Source: Candidatus Parcubacteria bacterium
Lineage (GTDB): Bacteria; Patescibacteriota; Patescibacteriia; CAIXNZ01
Direction: 5' to 3'
Assembly: GCA_026395685.1 (NCBI GenBank)
Contig: JAPLYG010000016.1
Coordinates: 1,035-65,034 of the forward strand
DNA: 64,000 bases
The position numbers and the translations under genes were made by a program. This document shows positions 29,832 to 39,374 of this stretch, in pieces (the first letter of the stretch is position 1; each line of letters opens with the position of its first letter). The notes under the pieces were generated by a model. The model saw nothing but the letters and a program-made list of their open reading frames with translations, was not told the DNA's origin and searched no databases.

Positions 29832-30001
29832 TTAAAAAAATTATTATTAAAAAATTTTAATCTTATTTTATATTTTAAGTATATGACTAGTGATTTTGAT
29901 TGTCAATGATTTTTTGAATCTTTTTGTAAAATTAAAATTTATTTTTAAAAATGCTATTGCTAATAAAAAAGAGTCTCAACCGATGAGACTCTTAGTTGCC
30001 C

Positions 30002-31051
30002 TCACTGCAACTGATAACGAGCTGCTGCTGATAAAATAATTGCTTTCAGCATTTGAGAATATTTCCGACTGGTTAAATTCCAGATCTTTGCCAAATGTCC
30101 GTCCCAGCACCAGCCGGGATTAGGATTGACTTCCAAAATGCGCGGGAAACCCTTGGCATCAAGACGCCAATCAATACGTGCATAATCTTGGCAACACAAA
30201 GCCGTAAACATCAGTTTGGAATAAGAAGCAATTATATTTCTAGTTGACGCGGGAATATTTGCCAAACGACTTTTCACCTGCCAATATGGCGAATCAGGCA
30301 ACCATTTGGCTTCCCAACCCTGAATCGGCGGCAAGTTAGACGGCAAACAGGAATAATCTTCTTCGATAATCGGTAATACTTCAGAACCGATTATCCCGCA
30401 GGTCAGATCTTGTCCTGTCAAAAATTCCTGAAAAATAACCTCATCATTATAATGAGCTTCTTCTCTGAGGAATTTCAGGCTCCGTAAAAGCTCTGCGCTA
30501 TTATAAACCACATTTTGCGCAAAAATTCCCATTCCGCCATCACCACACCTGGGTTTGATAATGATCGGATAATGACAAATTTCTTCCCAAGACTGGTAAG
30601 TTTTCGGAAAAGGCACTCCCAGCAATTGTGCTAATCTAAAAACACCGGCCTTGTCATAACATTGCTCCATACACTCAGCTCCGGCACCGGTATATGGCAA
30701 GTTCAATTCTTCCAATATTAAAGGGATTGCCTTTTCCTGTCGCGGATTATTAAACAAACCCTCGTCGCACAAATTTACCACTAGCCACACATCGCTTTTT
30801 ATCGCCTTCAAATCTCCAATTAAGCTTCTGTGATTATCCAATAAAACAAAATCAAATTCTTGCAGCTGCCGCGAAGCATCTTCAAGAACATTGATTGTCT
30901 TTAAATCTTCGTCATTAAATTGACCACCTCGCTTAATCTGATCAGGGAAACGATGATCGCCCAGAATAACGGCAATTAATTTCGGCTCGACTGCAGATAA
31001 TTCAGACTCAAAACTTCCTGTCATTTGCTTTCCCCTGAATATCTTTGACAT
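30002..31051 (-). CDS. D-alanine--D-alanine ligase-family ATP-grasp enzyme
   Basis: N-terminal 'LILEELNLPYTGAGAECMEQCYDKAGVFRLAQLLGVPFP' matches Ddl N/central pattern; 'YPIIIKPRCGDGGMGIF' ATP-grasp core. Confidence 0.6.
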   Translation of the reverse strand: MSKIFRGKQMTGSFESELSAVEPKLIAVILGDHRFPDQIKRGGQFNDEDLKTINVLEDASRQLQEFDFVLLDNHRSLIGDLKAIKSDVWLVVNLCDEGLFNNPRQEKAIPLILEELNLPYTGAGAECMEQCYDKAGVFRLAQLLGVPFPKTYQSWEEICHYPIIIKPRCGDGGMGIFAQNVVYNSAELLRSLKFLREEAHYNDEVIFQEFLTGQDLTCGIIGSEVLPIIEEDYSCLPSNLPPIQGWEAKWLPDSPYWQVKSRLANIPASTRNIIASYSKLMFTALCCQDYARIDWRLDAKGFPRILEVNPNPGWCWDGHLAKIWNLTSRKYSQMLKAIILSAAARYQLQ

Positions 31052-31137
31052 GATGATGTAAAGAACTGATTAGGCAGTATATATTTTTGTAACAAAAAAG
31101 TCAAGACAAAAATCCTGACTATTTAAATTTATATCAG

Positions 31138-31659
31138 TTAAACTAGAAAATTCTTTTCCTTTAACTTCTTCAGCGCGGTTAATGTAAGTCTCTTTTTCTG
31201 CGTCTGATAAATTTTTCCCGCAAATTTTTTTGCCTCGTCATAATCAGCCCAGAGATAATCATCAAATTCTGTTTGGGCAATATCCAGATCTTTAATTTTG
31301 CTTTGCACGGCAACTAAATAATATCTCTTGCCTTTCATTTGAATATTCTCGCCGGCTATTGTTTTTATTTCTCTCGTCCCCTGAGCTGCTGCCGGAAAAG
31401 TTATGACCTCAGTATCGAGAAATTCTATTTGTTCAGTTTTAATATTTAAATCCAGCCCTAATTCTTCTTTTATTTCACGATTCAATGTATCTGCTAATGA
31501 CTCACCTATTTCAATTCCGCCCTGAGGCAATTGCCACAATTCATGTTCCTTTTTATACACCAGCAGGATCTTCTGATCATTAATAATACAAGCAACAGCC
31601 ACGGGACGATAACCCCGCTCTTTCACTTCTTCGATTTCCTGATCAAACTTAGTTGCCAT
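31138..31659 (-). CDS. NUDIX hydrolase
   Basis: Nudix box 'GGIEIGESLADTLNREIKEELGL'. Confidence 0.75.
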   Translation of the reverse strand: MATKFDQEIEEVKERGYRPVAVACIINDQKILLVYKKEHELWQLPQGGIEIGESLADTLNREIKEELGLDLNIKTEQIEFLDTEVITFPAAAQGTREIKTIAGENIQMKGKRYYLVAVQSKIKDLDIAQTEFDDYLWADYDEAKKFAGKIYQTQKKRLTLTALKKLKEKNFLV

Positions 31660-32755
31660 GGATGTTTAAATGCTGAAAAATTAAATCAACATATTTTCGG
31701 GCAGCATCTCCTGCCATAAGCTGGAAAATATTTCTGCCTAAGGCTAAACGATCCCCTGAATTTCGCATAAAATATTCAATCACTTCTACCAGACTATCTT
31801 TATTTAACTGTGATTGTGCGAGAATTTTGACCGCATTATTTTTGGCAAAATACTTGGCATTAATCTCCTGATGGCCGGGAATGGGTATGACAACAGCAGG
31901 CTTGCCCAAAACTGCAAATTCTGTCAGCGCAGAAAAGCCTGCCCTGCTAATTATCAAATCAGCCGCAGCCAAAGCATCAAAGATTTCCCTATTTAAAAAA
32001 CCATACTCTCGATAACGCATAGTGACTAACTTCATTTGCTCACGGCTATAATAATTCAAAAGGTGTCCGCTGATTGTTTTGCCTTTACCGGCAAGATGAA
32101 TAACCTGATACTTTGACGCCAAATACCCGATAGACTCCAATACTGCCTGATTAAGGGTCTGAGCGCCTGTTCCTCCCCCGATGATTAATATTATTGGCAA
32201 ATCAGAATTTAATTGAAAAAGATGGATAGCCTTTTCCCGGCTGCCGGAAAAAATTTCAGTTCTGACCGGATTGCCAATGCAAACTGTTTTCTTTTTATCA
32301 AAACTTTCAATCTGTTCCGGAAAAGTAACGGTAATTACATCAGCCTTTTTAGCCATCAGTTTATTTGCCAGACCTATTTCCAAATCCTGCTGATGAACGA
32401 AAATTTTAATTTTTAAAAATCTGGCAGCATATACAACAGGCACCGCCACAAAGCTGCCGGCGGTTAAAATCACCTCGGGTTTAAATTTACGCAAAATAAA
32501 GAATGACTTAACAAATCCGCAGATAAAAATAAAGGGAGCAATAATATTCCATCCGGAAAAATAACGGCGTAATTTGGCAGCGCTAATGGTTTTAAAAGGA
32601 ATAGAGTATTTGGCTATTAATTCTTTTTCGGGACCGTTTTTGGTTCCCAACCATAAAACTTCCAGGCTTGGCTCCCTGGTTTTTAATTCTTCATAAATTG
32701 CCACAAGCGGAGAAACACTACCCATCGTGCCCCCTCCGGAAAATAGTATCTTCAT
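31649..32755 (-). CDS. murG: MurG-like UDP-GlcNAc:lipid I GlcNAc transferase (GT28)
   Basis: 'KILFSGGGTMGSVSPLVAI' N-terminal G-loop; C-terminal GT-B domain; context with ftsW/murD. Confidence 0.75.
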   Translation of the reverse strand: MKILFSGGGTMGSVSPLVAIYEELKTREPSLEVLWLGTKNGPEKELIAKYSIPFKTISAAKLRRYFSGWNIIAPFIFICGFVKSFFILRKFKPEVILTAGSFVAVPVVYAARFLKIKIFVHQQDLEIGLANKLMAKKADVITVTFPEQIESFDKKKTVCIGNPVRTEIFSGSREKAIHLFQLNSDLPIILIIGGGTGAQTLNQAVLESIGYLASKYQVIHLAGKGKTISGHLLNYYSREQMKLVTMRYREYGFLNREIFDALAAADLIISRAGFSALTEFAVLGKPAVVIPIPGHQEINAKYFAKNNAVKILAQSQLNKDSLVEVIEYFMRNSGDRLALGRNIFQLMAGDAARKYVDLIFQHLNIHGN

Positions 32756-32879
32756 AGTTTTTTTAATTTACAATAACCAATAACACAATCATCAAACAAT
32801 AATTAATAACCAATTCCTAAAAACTATTTGCTATTAGAATTTAAAATTTGTTTGATTATCGGTGATTGATTATTGATTA

Positions 32880-33995
32880 TTATTCACGTGTCTGACGGGA
32901 GACATTAACTACAATCCCACACGCAGCCATTAAAACAGCCAACGACGTACCGCCATAACTGATGAATGGCAAAGGCACTCCGGTCAAAGGTAAAAGACCG
33001 ACCATAGCACCAATATTAACAAAAGTTTGAATAAGAATCCAGCTGACAATGCCGATAACCAGCAATTTTCCAAAATTATCCTGCGCTAGCTGGGCGATTT
33101 TCAAACCTCTCAATAATAAGAATATATAACCGCCGATTAATAATGTAACGACTAAAAAACCTAATTCTTCGGCAATAATGGCAAAAATTGAATCTCCGGA
33201 AACTTCCGGTAAATACTGAAATTTTTGACGCGACATTCCAAAGCCCCTGCCCCAAATTCCGCCGGAGCCGATTGCCAAAAAAGCCTGGTTGATATGATAG
33301 CCAATACCTTGAGGGTCTAATTCAGGATGTAAAAATATTGAAAGACGCGCTGCGCGATAAGGAGCAATTCTTATTAATACCCAAAGTCCGACTATAGAAC
33401 CAAGACCGACTCCAACCATATGCATTAAATTAGCTCCTCCGATAAAATATATTGTTAAAGAAATCAAGGCAATAATAGTCATTGTTCCCAAATCTGGCTG
33501 CAAAACAAGCAAAAAAGTAATAATACCCAAAACACTTAAAAAAGGAACCAATCCTTCCGAAAAATCACCTGCTCTTTTATGTCCTCTGTTTTCCAGCCAT
33601 GAAGCAAGATAAATAACAAAAGTAAGCTTTACTAATTCTGAAGGCTGGAACGAAGCACCCAGAATATTTATCCAACTTTTCGCGGTGCCGTAACCAGAGC
33701 CGATACCGGGAATGAAAACCATAACTAATAAACCGATCGAAACAAGCAGCATCCAGAAGGAAATTTTTTTAAAAATACGGTAATCTATAAAAGAAAAAAT
33801 TATAAAAGCAATAAGACCGGGCAAAGCTCCCCAGAGAATCTGATGTTTTAATAAATAGTAGCTATCACCAAATTTTTCATAAGACAAAGAAACGCTGGCC
33901 GAAGATAGCATTATTAAACCAAAAATAATAATACAAGCCAGCGTAATAATAAAGCCGTAATCAGGCTGATGCCAGTTTTTTGCAGAAAAACGCAT
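32880..33995 (-). CDS. ftsW: SEDS-family peptidoglycan polymerase FtsW/RodA
   Basis: 10-TM protein with conserved SEDS loop motifs; between murG and murD. Confidence 0.8.
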   Translation of the reverse strand: MRFSAKNWHQPDYGFIITLACIIIFGLIMLSSASVSLSYEKFGDSYYLLKHQILWGALPGLIAFIIFSFIDYRIFKKISFWMLLVSIGLLVMVFIPGIGSGYGTAKSWINILGASFQPSELVKLTFVIYLASWLENRGHKRAGDFSEGLVPFLSVLGIITFLLVLQPDLGTMTIIALISLTIYFIGGANLMHMVGVGLGSIVGLWVLIRIAPYRAARLSIFLHPELDPQGIGYHINQAFLAIGSGGIWGRGFGMSRQKFQYLPEVSGDSIFAIIAEELGFLVVTLLIGGYIFLLLRGLKIAQLAQDNFGKLLVIGIVSWILIQTFVNIGAMVGLLPLTGVPLPFISYGGTSLAVLMAACGIVVNVSRQTRE

Positions 33996-33998
33996 AAT

Positions 33999-35396
33999 TT
34001 ATTTTATTTTTTTTACAGCTGAGTTAAACTGGTCTCCCCTGTCAAATTCATTAATAAAAAGCCCAAAGCTGGCAGCCCCGGGAGAAAGCAAAAAGGTATC
34101 GCCTTTTTTTAAAATATACTTAGCTTGTTTAAAAGCTTCACTCATAGAATCTACAAAAACTAAATTTTCATTAAAATTTATCTTATTTAGCTCTTTCACT
34201 AATTTTTCAGTTGCTGTACCTTCAAATAAAATCAAAGCCTTTACTTTACTTTTCAGCACCCGAGCCATATCTTTAAATTCTAATTTTTTATCCGTTCCAC
34301 CTGCCAGCAACACAACCTTTTGCTCTAAAGAATTCAAGGCGGCAATAACCGCGTCCGGGGTGGTTGCCGTCGTGTCATTAATATATTTAATGCCCTTATA
34401 AGCACGAACCAATTGCATCCGGCCTTCGATACCGTTAAATCCGGCAACAACTTTTTTTATAATCAAAAATGGCACTCCAAAAACTCGGGTTAAAACAACA
34501 GCCCCCATGATATTTAATAAATTATGTTCGCCTTTTAACTTCAGCTCGCCTACATTAATAACTTTTTCTCTTTTGCCGTTGCGCTGATAATAAATCCAGC
34601 CATCTGATATATATGCCCCGTTTTCTTGAATTTTTAATTTATTTAAGCTAAACCAAAAAACCTGAGACTTGGCTTTTGAGCCCATCTGCCTGGTATAGTT
34701 ATTATCTTTATTCAAAACAATGAAATTATCACGAGTTTGGTATTTCCAAATCAATGATTTGGCCGCTGTATAATCAGCCATGCCCCTATAAGTGTTTAAA
34801 TGATCGCGCATTACATTAGTCACCAACGCATACTTTGGACTAGTTTTTGTTTCCCCCAGACCTTCTAATTGCCAGGAAGACAATTCCAAAATTACAGGAA
34901 TGTCTTTCTTAATCTTAGATAGATAGTCTAAGGGAGAAACTCTGATATTGCCTCCCATGATTGCACCTTTTTTATAGGCTTTTATAATCTTGTATACCAA
35001 TGAAGTAGTTGTACTTTTGCCTTTGGTGCCGGTAATGCCTAAAATCCGATCAGACTGACAAAGTTTAAAGAAGAGGCTTAAATCAGTTTCAATTAAAACT
35101 TTATGGGCAATGGCAGCCTGTAAATATTTGGAATCACGCCTCACTCCGGGATTTTTAATTATCATGTCGGCTTTAATAAAGTCAGCTATACGATGTTCTC
35201 CCAGTACGTATTTAATATTCTTTTTATATTTTTTTAACTGATTAAGTGAATTTGCCAGCAATTTTGCGGATCTTAAATCTGTCACGGTTAATAACGCGCC
35301 TTTTTGGGCTAAAAACTTCGTGACAGCTAATCCGCCGCCATGGACGCCAAGCCCCATTATGGTTATTTTCTTACCTTTAAAATCCAGGTTTTGCAT
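33999..35396 (-). CDS. murD: UDP-N-acetylmuramoylalanine--D-glutamate ligase MurD
   Basis: Rossmann N-domain 'GLGVHGGG', 'ITGTKGKSTTTSLV' P-loop, 465 aa. Confidence 0.8.
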   Translation of the reverse strand: MQNLDFKGKKITIMGLGVHGGGLAVTKFLAQKGALLTVTDLRSAKLLANSLNQLKKYKKNIKYVLGEHRIADFIKADMIIKNPGVRRDSKYLQAAIAHKVLIETDLSLFFKLCQSDRILGITGTKGKSTTTSLVYKIIKAYKKGAIMGGNIRVSPLDYLSKIKKDIPVILELSSWQLEGLGETKTSPKYALVTNVMRDHLNTYRGMADYTAAKSLIWKYQTRDNFIVLNKDNNYTRQMGSKAKSQVFWFSLNKLKIQENGAYISDGWIYYQRNGKREKVINVGELKLKGEHNLLNIMGAVVLTRVFGVPFLIIKKVVAGFNGIEGRMQLVRAYKGIKYINDTTATTPDAVIAALNSLEQKVVLLAGGTDKKLEFKDMARVLKSKVKALILFEGTATEKLVKELNKINFNENLVFVDSMSEAFKQAKYILKKGDTFLLSPGAASFGLFINEFDRGDQFNSAVKKIK

Positions 35397-35493
35397 AGTA
35401 TAAATATTATTGCTATATCTAATATCTTAGCAAAATTTAAGCAAAAAGAAAATCCTTCGCAAAAAGCGACGAAGGATTTTCCAAACTATCATT

Positions 35494-35712
35494 TTATTTA
35501 AGGATCGCAGAAATTACCAATGCAACACTATACATAAAAGCTGCCAATACAATGGCGATAGCAATAGGCCTTTTGGCGACCCCGCGCAAATACTTGACCT
35601 CGACAATCATCTTGTCAAAAATCCAGATAGAAAATCCATACGCCACTGCCATTGTTAATGCAATCACAATTGACCAGGCTAAAATGAAAAAATAGCTTTC
35701 GAAATTTTGCAT
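35494..35712 (-). CDS. Small two-TM membrane protein
   Basis: 72-aa ORF, two hydrophobic helices. Confidence 0.35.
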   Translation of the reverse strand: MQNFESYFFILAWSIVIALTMAVAYGFSIWIFDKMIVEVKYLRGVAKRPIAIAIVLAAFMYSVALVISAILK

Positions 35713-35774
35713 ATTCTATTACCCCGCGCCCTCTGTAGCTTTAGCGTAAGAGGGCTTAATATTTAATTTTTATA

Positions 35775-36650
35775 TTAAAATTTAACCGGCACTGAAACTA
35801 AATCCTTTTCTGTTTGACCGTCCATTAAAAATACCTCAACAAAACCTTCTTTCGTTGTGGAAAATTCATAACTAACCTTTAAACTAAAATCTCCATACCC
35901 GTCTGAACCGACATTTTTTACAGATCCTGAAATATTTATCAGAGGTTGCCCACTCGCACTTTTTACCCGGACATAGACTTTATTGTCAGTAGCTTTAGCT
36001 CTGCCTTCTATCTGAATCGGAGAACTCAATTGCTGATCAGCAACCGGCATCGTCACAGTCAGATCCTTGGTTGATGTAATATTAGTTGAAGTAATGTTCT
36101 CTTTAGCTGGATCCTGTGCGCAATCTTCATATCTTATTAAAACATTATCACAGGTGTTATACCACCCTTCACTTCTGGTTCCAATTAAGCGGCATTCTTT
36201 AAAACATTTACCCTTGAGGCATTCACCGCGAAAATATGCCCATTCATCACAAATACTTTGGTCACTAAAAACACACAGGCCAGCCTCTCCGCCTGTTGTC
36301 TGATAATTTTCAGATTTGCCGCCGTCAGCCTGACATTTTACAGATGCCGGATTTGCGATCTGAGTGTTAACATTCGTATTAACATTTGAATTGGCATCCT
36401 TATTCTCATTAATATTTACCTTCTCTGTTTCAGTTTCTTTTACATTATCCTCCTTGATCATTACCTTCAAGGTACACCAACCGGGCAAATAATCATCGCC
36501 CTGAAAAGCGTTAATTACGCTGCATAAAGGTGAAAATGCTTTGGCCCAAACACCGCCGGGTGAAAAAGGTACGCAAAAATAAACAACAAAAAAAAGAATC
36601 AACAGAATATTTAATAAAATAGACAATTTACTTGCTGTTTTTGATTTCAT
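35775..36650 (-). CDS. Secreted Cys-rich protein with DUF333-like (putative hemolysin) segment
   Basis: Signal/TM N-terminus; 'GLCVFSDQSICDEWAYFRGEC' resembles DUF333; TATAAT -10 on minus strand at ~36680. Confidence 0.4.
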   Translation of the reverse strand: MKSKTASKLSILLNILLILFFVVYFCVPFSPGGVWAKAFSPLCSVINAFQGDDYLPGWCTLKVMIKEDNVKETETEKVNINENKDANSNVNTNVNTQIANPASVKCQADGGKSENYQTTGGEAGLCVFSDQSICDEWAYFRGECLKGKCFKECRLIGTRSEGWYNTCDNVLIRYEDCAQDPAKENITSTNITSTKDLTVTMPVADQQLSSPIQIEGRAKATDNKVYVRVKSASGQPLINISGSVKNVGSDGYGDFSLKVSYEFSTTKEGFVEVFLMDGQTEKDLVSVPVKF

Positions 36651-36788
36651 ATTTTTTCAAATTTAATAATTAAGGCTGAATATATTATAGCACAAATCCT
36701 TTAAAAATGTTAATTAGTTTATTAGTTAATTGGTATATTCGTAGCTAATTCGTAACAATAATAAAAGCCCGTCGGTTTCCCGCGGGCA

Positions 36789-37325
36789 TTATTTTTCTAA
36801 TCTAAGACAACATTTTCCATATTCGCTTTCAATCTGTTGCAGTATTTGAGCAACCACATCCTCTGGTTTCAAGGAAGAAGTATCAAACAATGTTTCTCCA
36901 GGCAATCTAAAAGTCTTATACCAATCAATCGTCAGTTCTTTAGGGCTAAACCTATACCGGACATCCAAAAGGGGCCGGGCCTGATCTCTCTGCAAAATAG
37001 TGGTTAACGGAGGATAAAGCAAAAAAGAAAATAGTTTGTAATAATGTATCTTGGCTAATCTTTGATAACCCTGATACTGGTATTTCTGATGGGAATGAAT
37101 GTCGGCTATTATACTACGCCGGACTTGCATTAACTCTTCAGCTAAAAACATCGCTGTTTTATAAGCCAAACGGGTGCGCCAGGTACTGCGCTTAGTCCAA
37201 TCAATGCCTCTTTTAAAAGCATCAAAATCAATGTGGCTAATGTCAGCAATTTTTTCCTTTAGCAAGGAGACTACAGTAGATTTGCCTGCACAGATAGGGC
37301 CTCTGATTAATATAATCATGGGCAT
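36789..37325 (-). CDS. P-loop NTPase/kinase-like protein
   Basis: 'MPMIILIRGPICAGKSTVV' Walker A at probable true start (track ORF extends to 37439). Confidence 0.45.
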   Translation of the reverse strand: MPMIILIRGPICAGKSTVVSLLKEKIADISHIDFDAFKRGIDWTKRSTWRTRLAYKTAMFLAEELMQVRRSIIADIHSHQKYQYQGYQRLAKIHYYKLFSFLLYPPLTTILQRDQARPLLDVRYRFSPKELTIDWYKTFRLPGETLFDTSSLKPEDVVAQILQQIESEYGKCCLRLEK

Positions 37326-37452
37326 AATTTCTCTCGTCCCTACTTTTTCCTTTCGCATGGCACCTCCTTTCAAAGATCGATCCTGGGTTTTTAGCATCTT
37401 GGCATAACCCCTTTTATAATGCAACTTATCAATCCACAAATCTTAATTCAAA

Positions 37453-38133
37453 TTACTTTTCCGACAGCACCTTTTCTGCAACTCTCAACCCTTCAATACT
37501 ATTTATCTGCAGCCACTTGGTGGCTTTGATTATCTTAACCGGGTAATCCCTGGAAACTACAACCAGTGTCTGGGGCAAGCCAAACTCCTCCTTATCTTTT
37601 AGCTTGACCAATGGATATTTGAAAAATTTATCAGTCAGAACATATAAGCCAGTATTAACCAGGCTCTGTTTGCGGTTATGCACACCTTCCACTATATCAG
37701 CCAAATTGCCGGCTTCATCCGTGACAATCCTGCCACCCAGGTATTTACCGTTTATTTCTGAAACCAGCATGCATTGTTCATGAACCAAAGATTTATTCAT
37801 ATCTGAAAAGGAATAAATATCATCACCCATCATAACCATGAACCTATTGTTCAGGATATCCCTGCATTCATGCAAAGCATTGCCGGTACCCAACAATTTC
37901 TTTTGTTTTACATAGGTAATCTTACAACACTTATAATTATTGCCGAAATGATTAATTATCTGTTGCCCCATATATCCGATAACCAACACTATTTCATCTA
38001 TCTCTTTCGGCAAGTTATCCAAATTATGTTCCAGCAAGTTTTTCCCGGCCACGCGAATCATGGGTTTGGGGACATGCCAAGTTAATGGTCTTAATCTAGT
38101 GCCGGCTCCTGCGGCTAAAATAACGCATTGCAT
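37453..38133 (-). CDS. Sugar-phosphate nucleotidyltransferase
   Basis: 'MQCVILAAGAGTRLRPLT' signature. Confidence 0.65.
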   Translation of the reverse strand: MQCVILAAGAGTRLRPLTWHVPKPMIRVAGKNLLEHNLDNLPKEIDEIVLVIGYMGQQIINHFGNNYKCCKITYVKQKKLLGTGNALHECRDILNNRFMVMMGDDIYSFSDMNKSLVHEQCMLVSEINGKYLGGRIVTDEAGNLADIVEGVHNRKQSLVNTGLYVLTDKFFKYPLVKLKDKEEFGLPQTLVVVSRDYPVKIIKATKWLQINSIEGLRVAEKVLSEK

Positions 38134-38136
38134 AAA

Positions 38137-38877
38137 TTATTTAAGTAAATCCCAAAGTCTTAAAAAAATTATTTTTTGAGTTTCGCAAATCATCTTATTC
38201 TCAATAATAACTCCAACAGGGTTGCCTTTGGCGTCGCGGGAGATAAACGCACACTTATTATTATAAATTAAAATGAATGTAGCTGATTGATTTTTGGTGC
38301 CCAACCATCTTCTTTCATCAAGTCCGTGAGTGGCCCCGCCTTCGGCTAAAGAGATAGCTTTTACCTGGATCCCCTTTTTAATGCGCTGTTTGGTAAAATC
38401 AGGAAAGGCCTGATTCAAATCATCACTGGCTTCAGTTGCAGAATAGACAAAATACTCCCTAGATTCCTGTTCTGACATGGTAATTAGTAAATCATCTAGT
38501 ATTTCTCTTATGCCTTTTGTCCCCTCATAAAACTTTGTAGTAGGCAAATTTTCGCCCTTATCCTGCAAAGCTTTTAACTCAGGAATCAAATCACTAAAAT
38601 TATCTTTTATCTTTAGCAATTCCTGTTCTTTATTTTCTACCAGCTTAACCAAACTAGACGGATTTTCAGCCACAAACTTTTGTTTGGTATCCTGATGAAA
38701 ATAAGAGACCAGTCCTTTTTCCTGCAAGCTTTTTAAAATGTCATAAGCTGAACCGCGGTTTAAATCAGCGAGTTCTGCCAATGAACGGACGGAAATTGCC
38801 CCGTATTCCAAAAGAGTCAGATAAACTTTAATTTCTTTGTCATTTAAACCCAACTTTTTAAAAATTGATAAGTCCAT
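38137..38877 (-). CDS. TrmB-family transcriptional regulator
   Basis: N-terminal winged HTH 'IKVYLTLLEYGAISVRSLAELADLNRGSAYDILKSLQEKGLV'. Confidence 0.6.
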   Translation of the reverse strand: MDLSIFKKLGLNDKEIKVYLTLLEYGAISVRSLAELADLNRGSAYDILKSLQEKGLVSYFHQDTKQKFVAENPSSLVKLVENKEQELLKIKDNFSDLIPELKALQDKGENLPTTKFYEGTKGIREILDDLLITMSEQESREYFVYSATEASDDLNQAFPDFTKQRIKKGIQVKAISLAEGGATHGLDERRWLGTKNQSATFILIYNNKCAFISRDAKGNPVGVIIENKMICETQKIIFLRLWDLLK

Positions 38878-38912
38878 AAAAATGTAATTAGCAATAAAAT
38901 GAAAGTTAAAAA

Positions 38913-39027
38913 GGCCTGGAGGGATACTGGGTGGTTAAGAAGTTAGTAAGATCATTTAGTTATATACGCGTGTATATAAGACTAAACAAACTCACTACTT
39001 CTCACCAACCCAGTCCCTCCAGAGGCC
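38913..39027. repeat. ~115-nt structured element: ~37-bp imperfect inverted arms flanking a central TATATACGCGTGTATATA palindrome
   Basis: Arms ggcctggagggatactgggtggttaagaagttagtaag / ctcactacttctcaccaacccagtccctccagaggcc are reverse complements with few mismatches. Confidence 0.5.
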
Positions 39028-39210
39028 TTAATTTAATGTACCACGCCCTCCATTTATCAATATTCCTACTTTAAGTATATGACCCCAACAAATTATTGTC
39101 AAATATTTCTCTACAACATATAGCTATTACTCATTATTTTATTTAATTTTAGCATTATTTTATATATTATTTTGTCAACTATTTATTCGAATGTAAAAAG
39201 TTATCCACAA

Positions 39211-39238
39211 CCAAAAAAGAGGGCAAATACCCTCTTTA
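39211..39238 (-). terminator. Rho-independent terminator downstream of mraY (AAGAGGG-caaata-CCCTCTT + T-run)
   Basis: Perfect 7-bp GC-rich stem followed by U-run on minus strand. Confidence 0.55.
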
Positions 39239-39374
39239 AACTTCAACCTTCATACTTCAGACTTTGGCCTTAAAAATATTACTCCTAAATTATATCAGCC
39301 AAAGGCTGATCCGCCTCTGGCGGAAACTTCCAATTGTAATTTTACATTTTACATTTTGCACTTTAAACTTTTAA

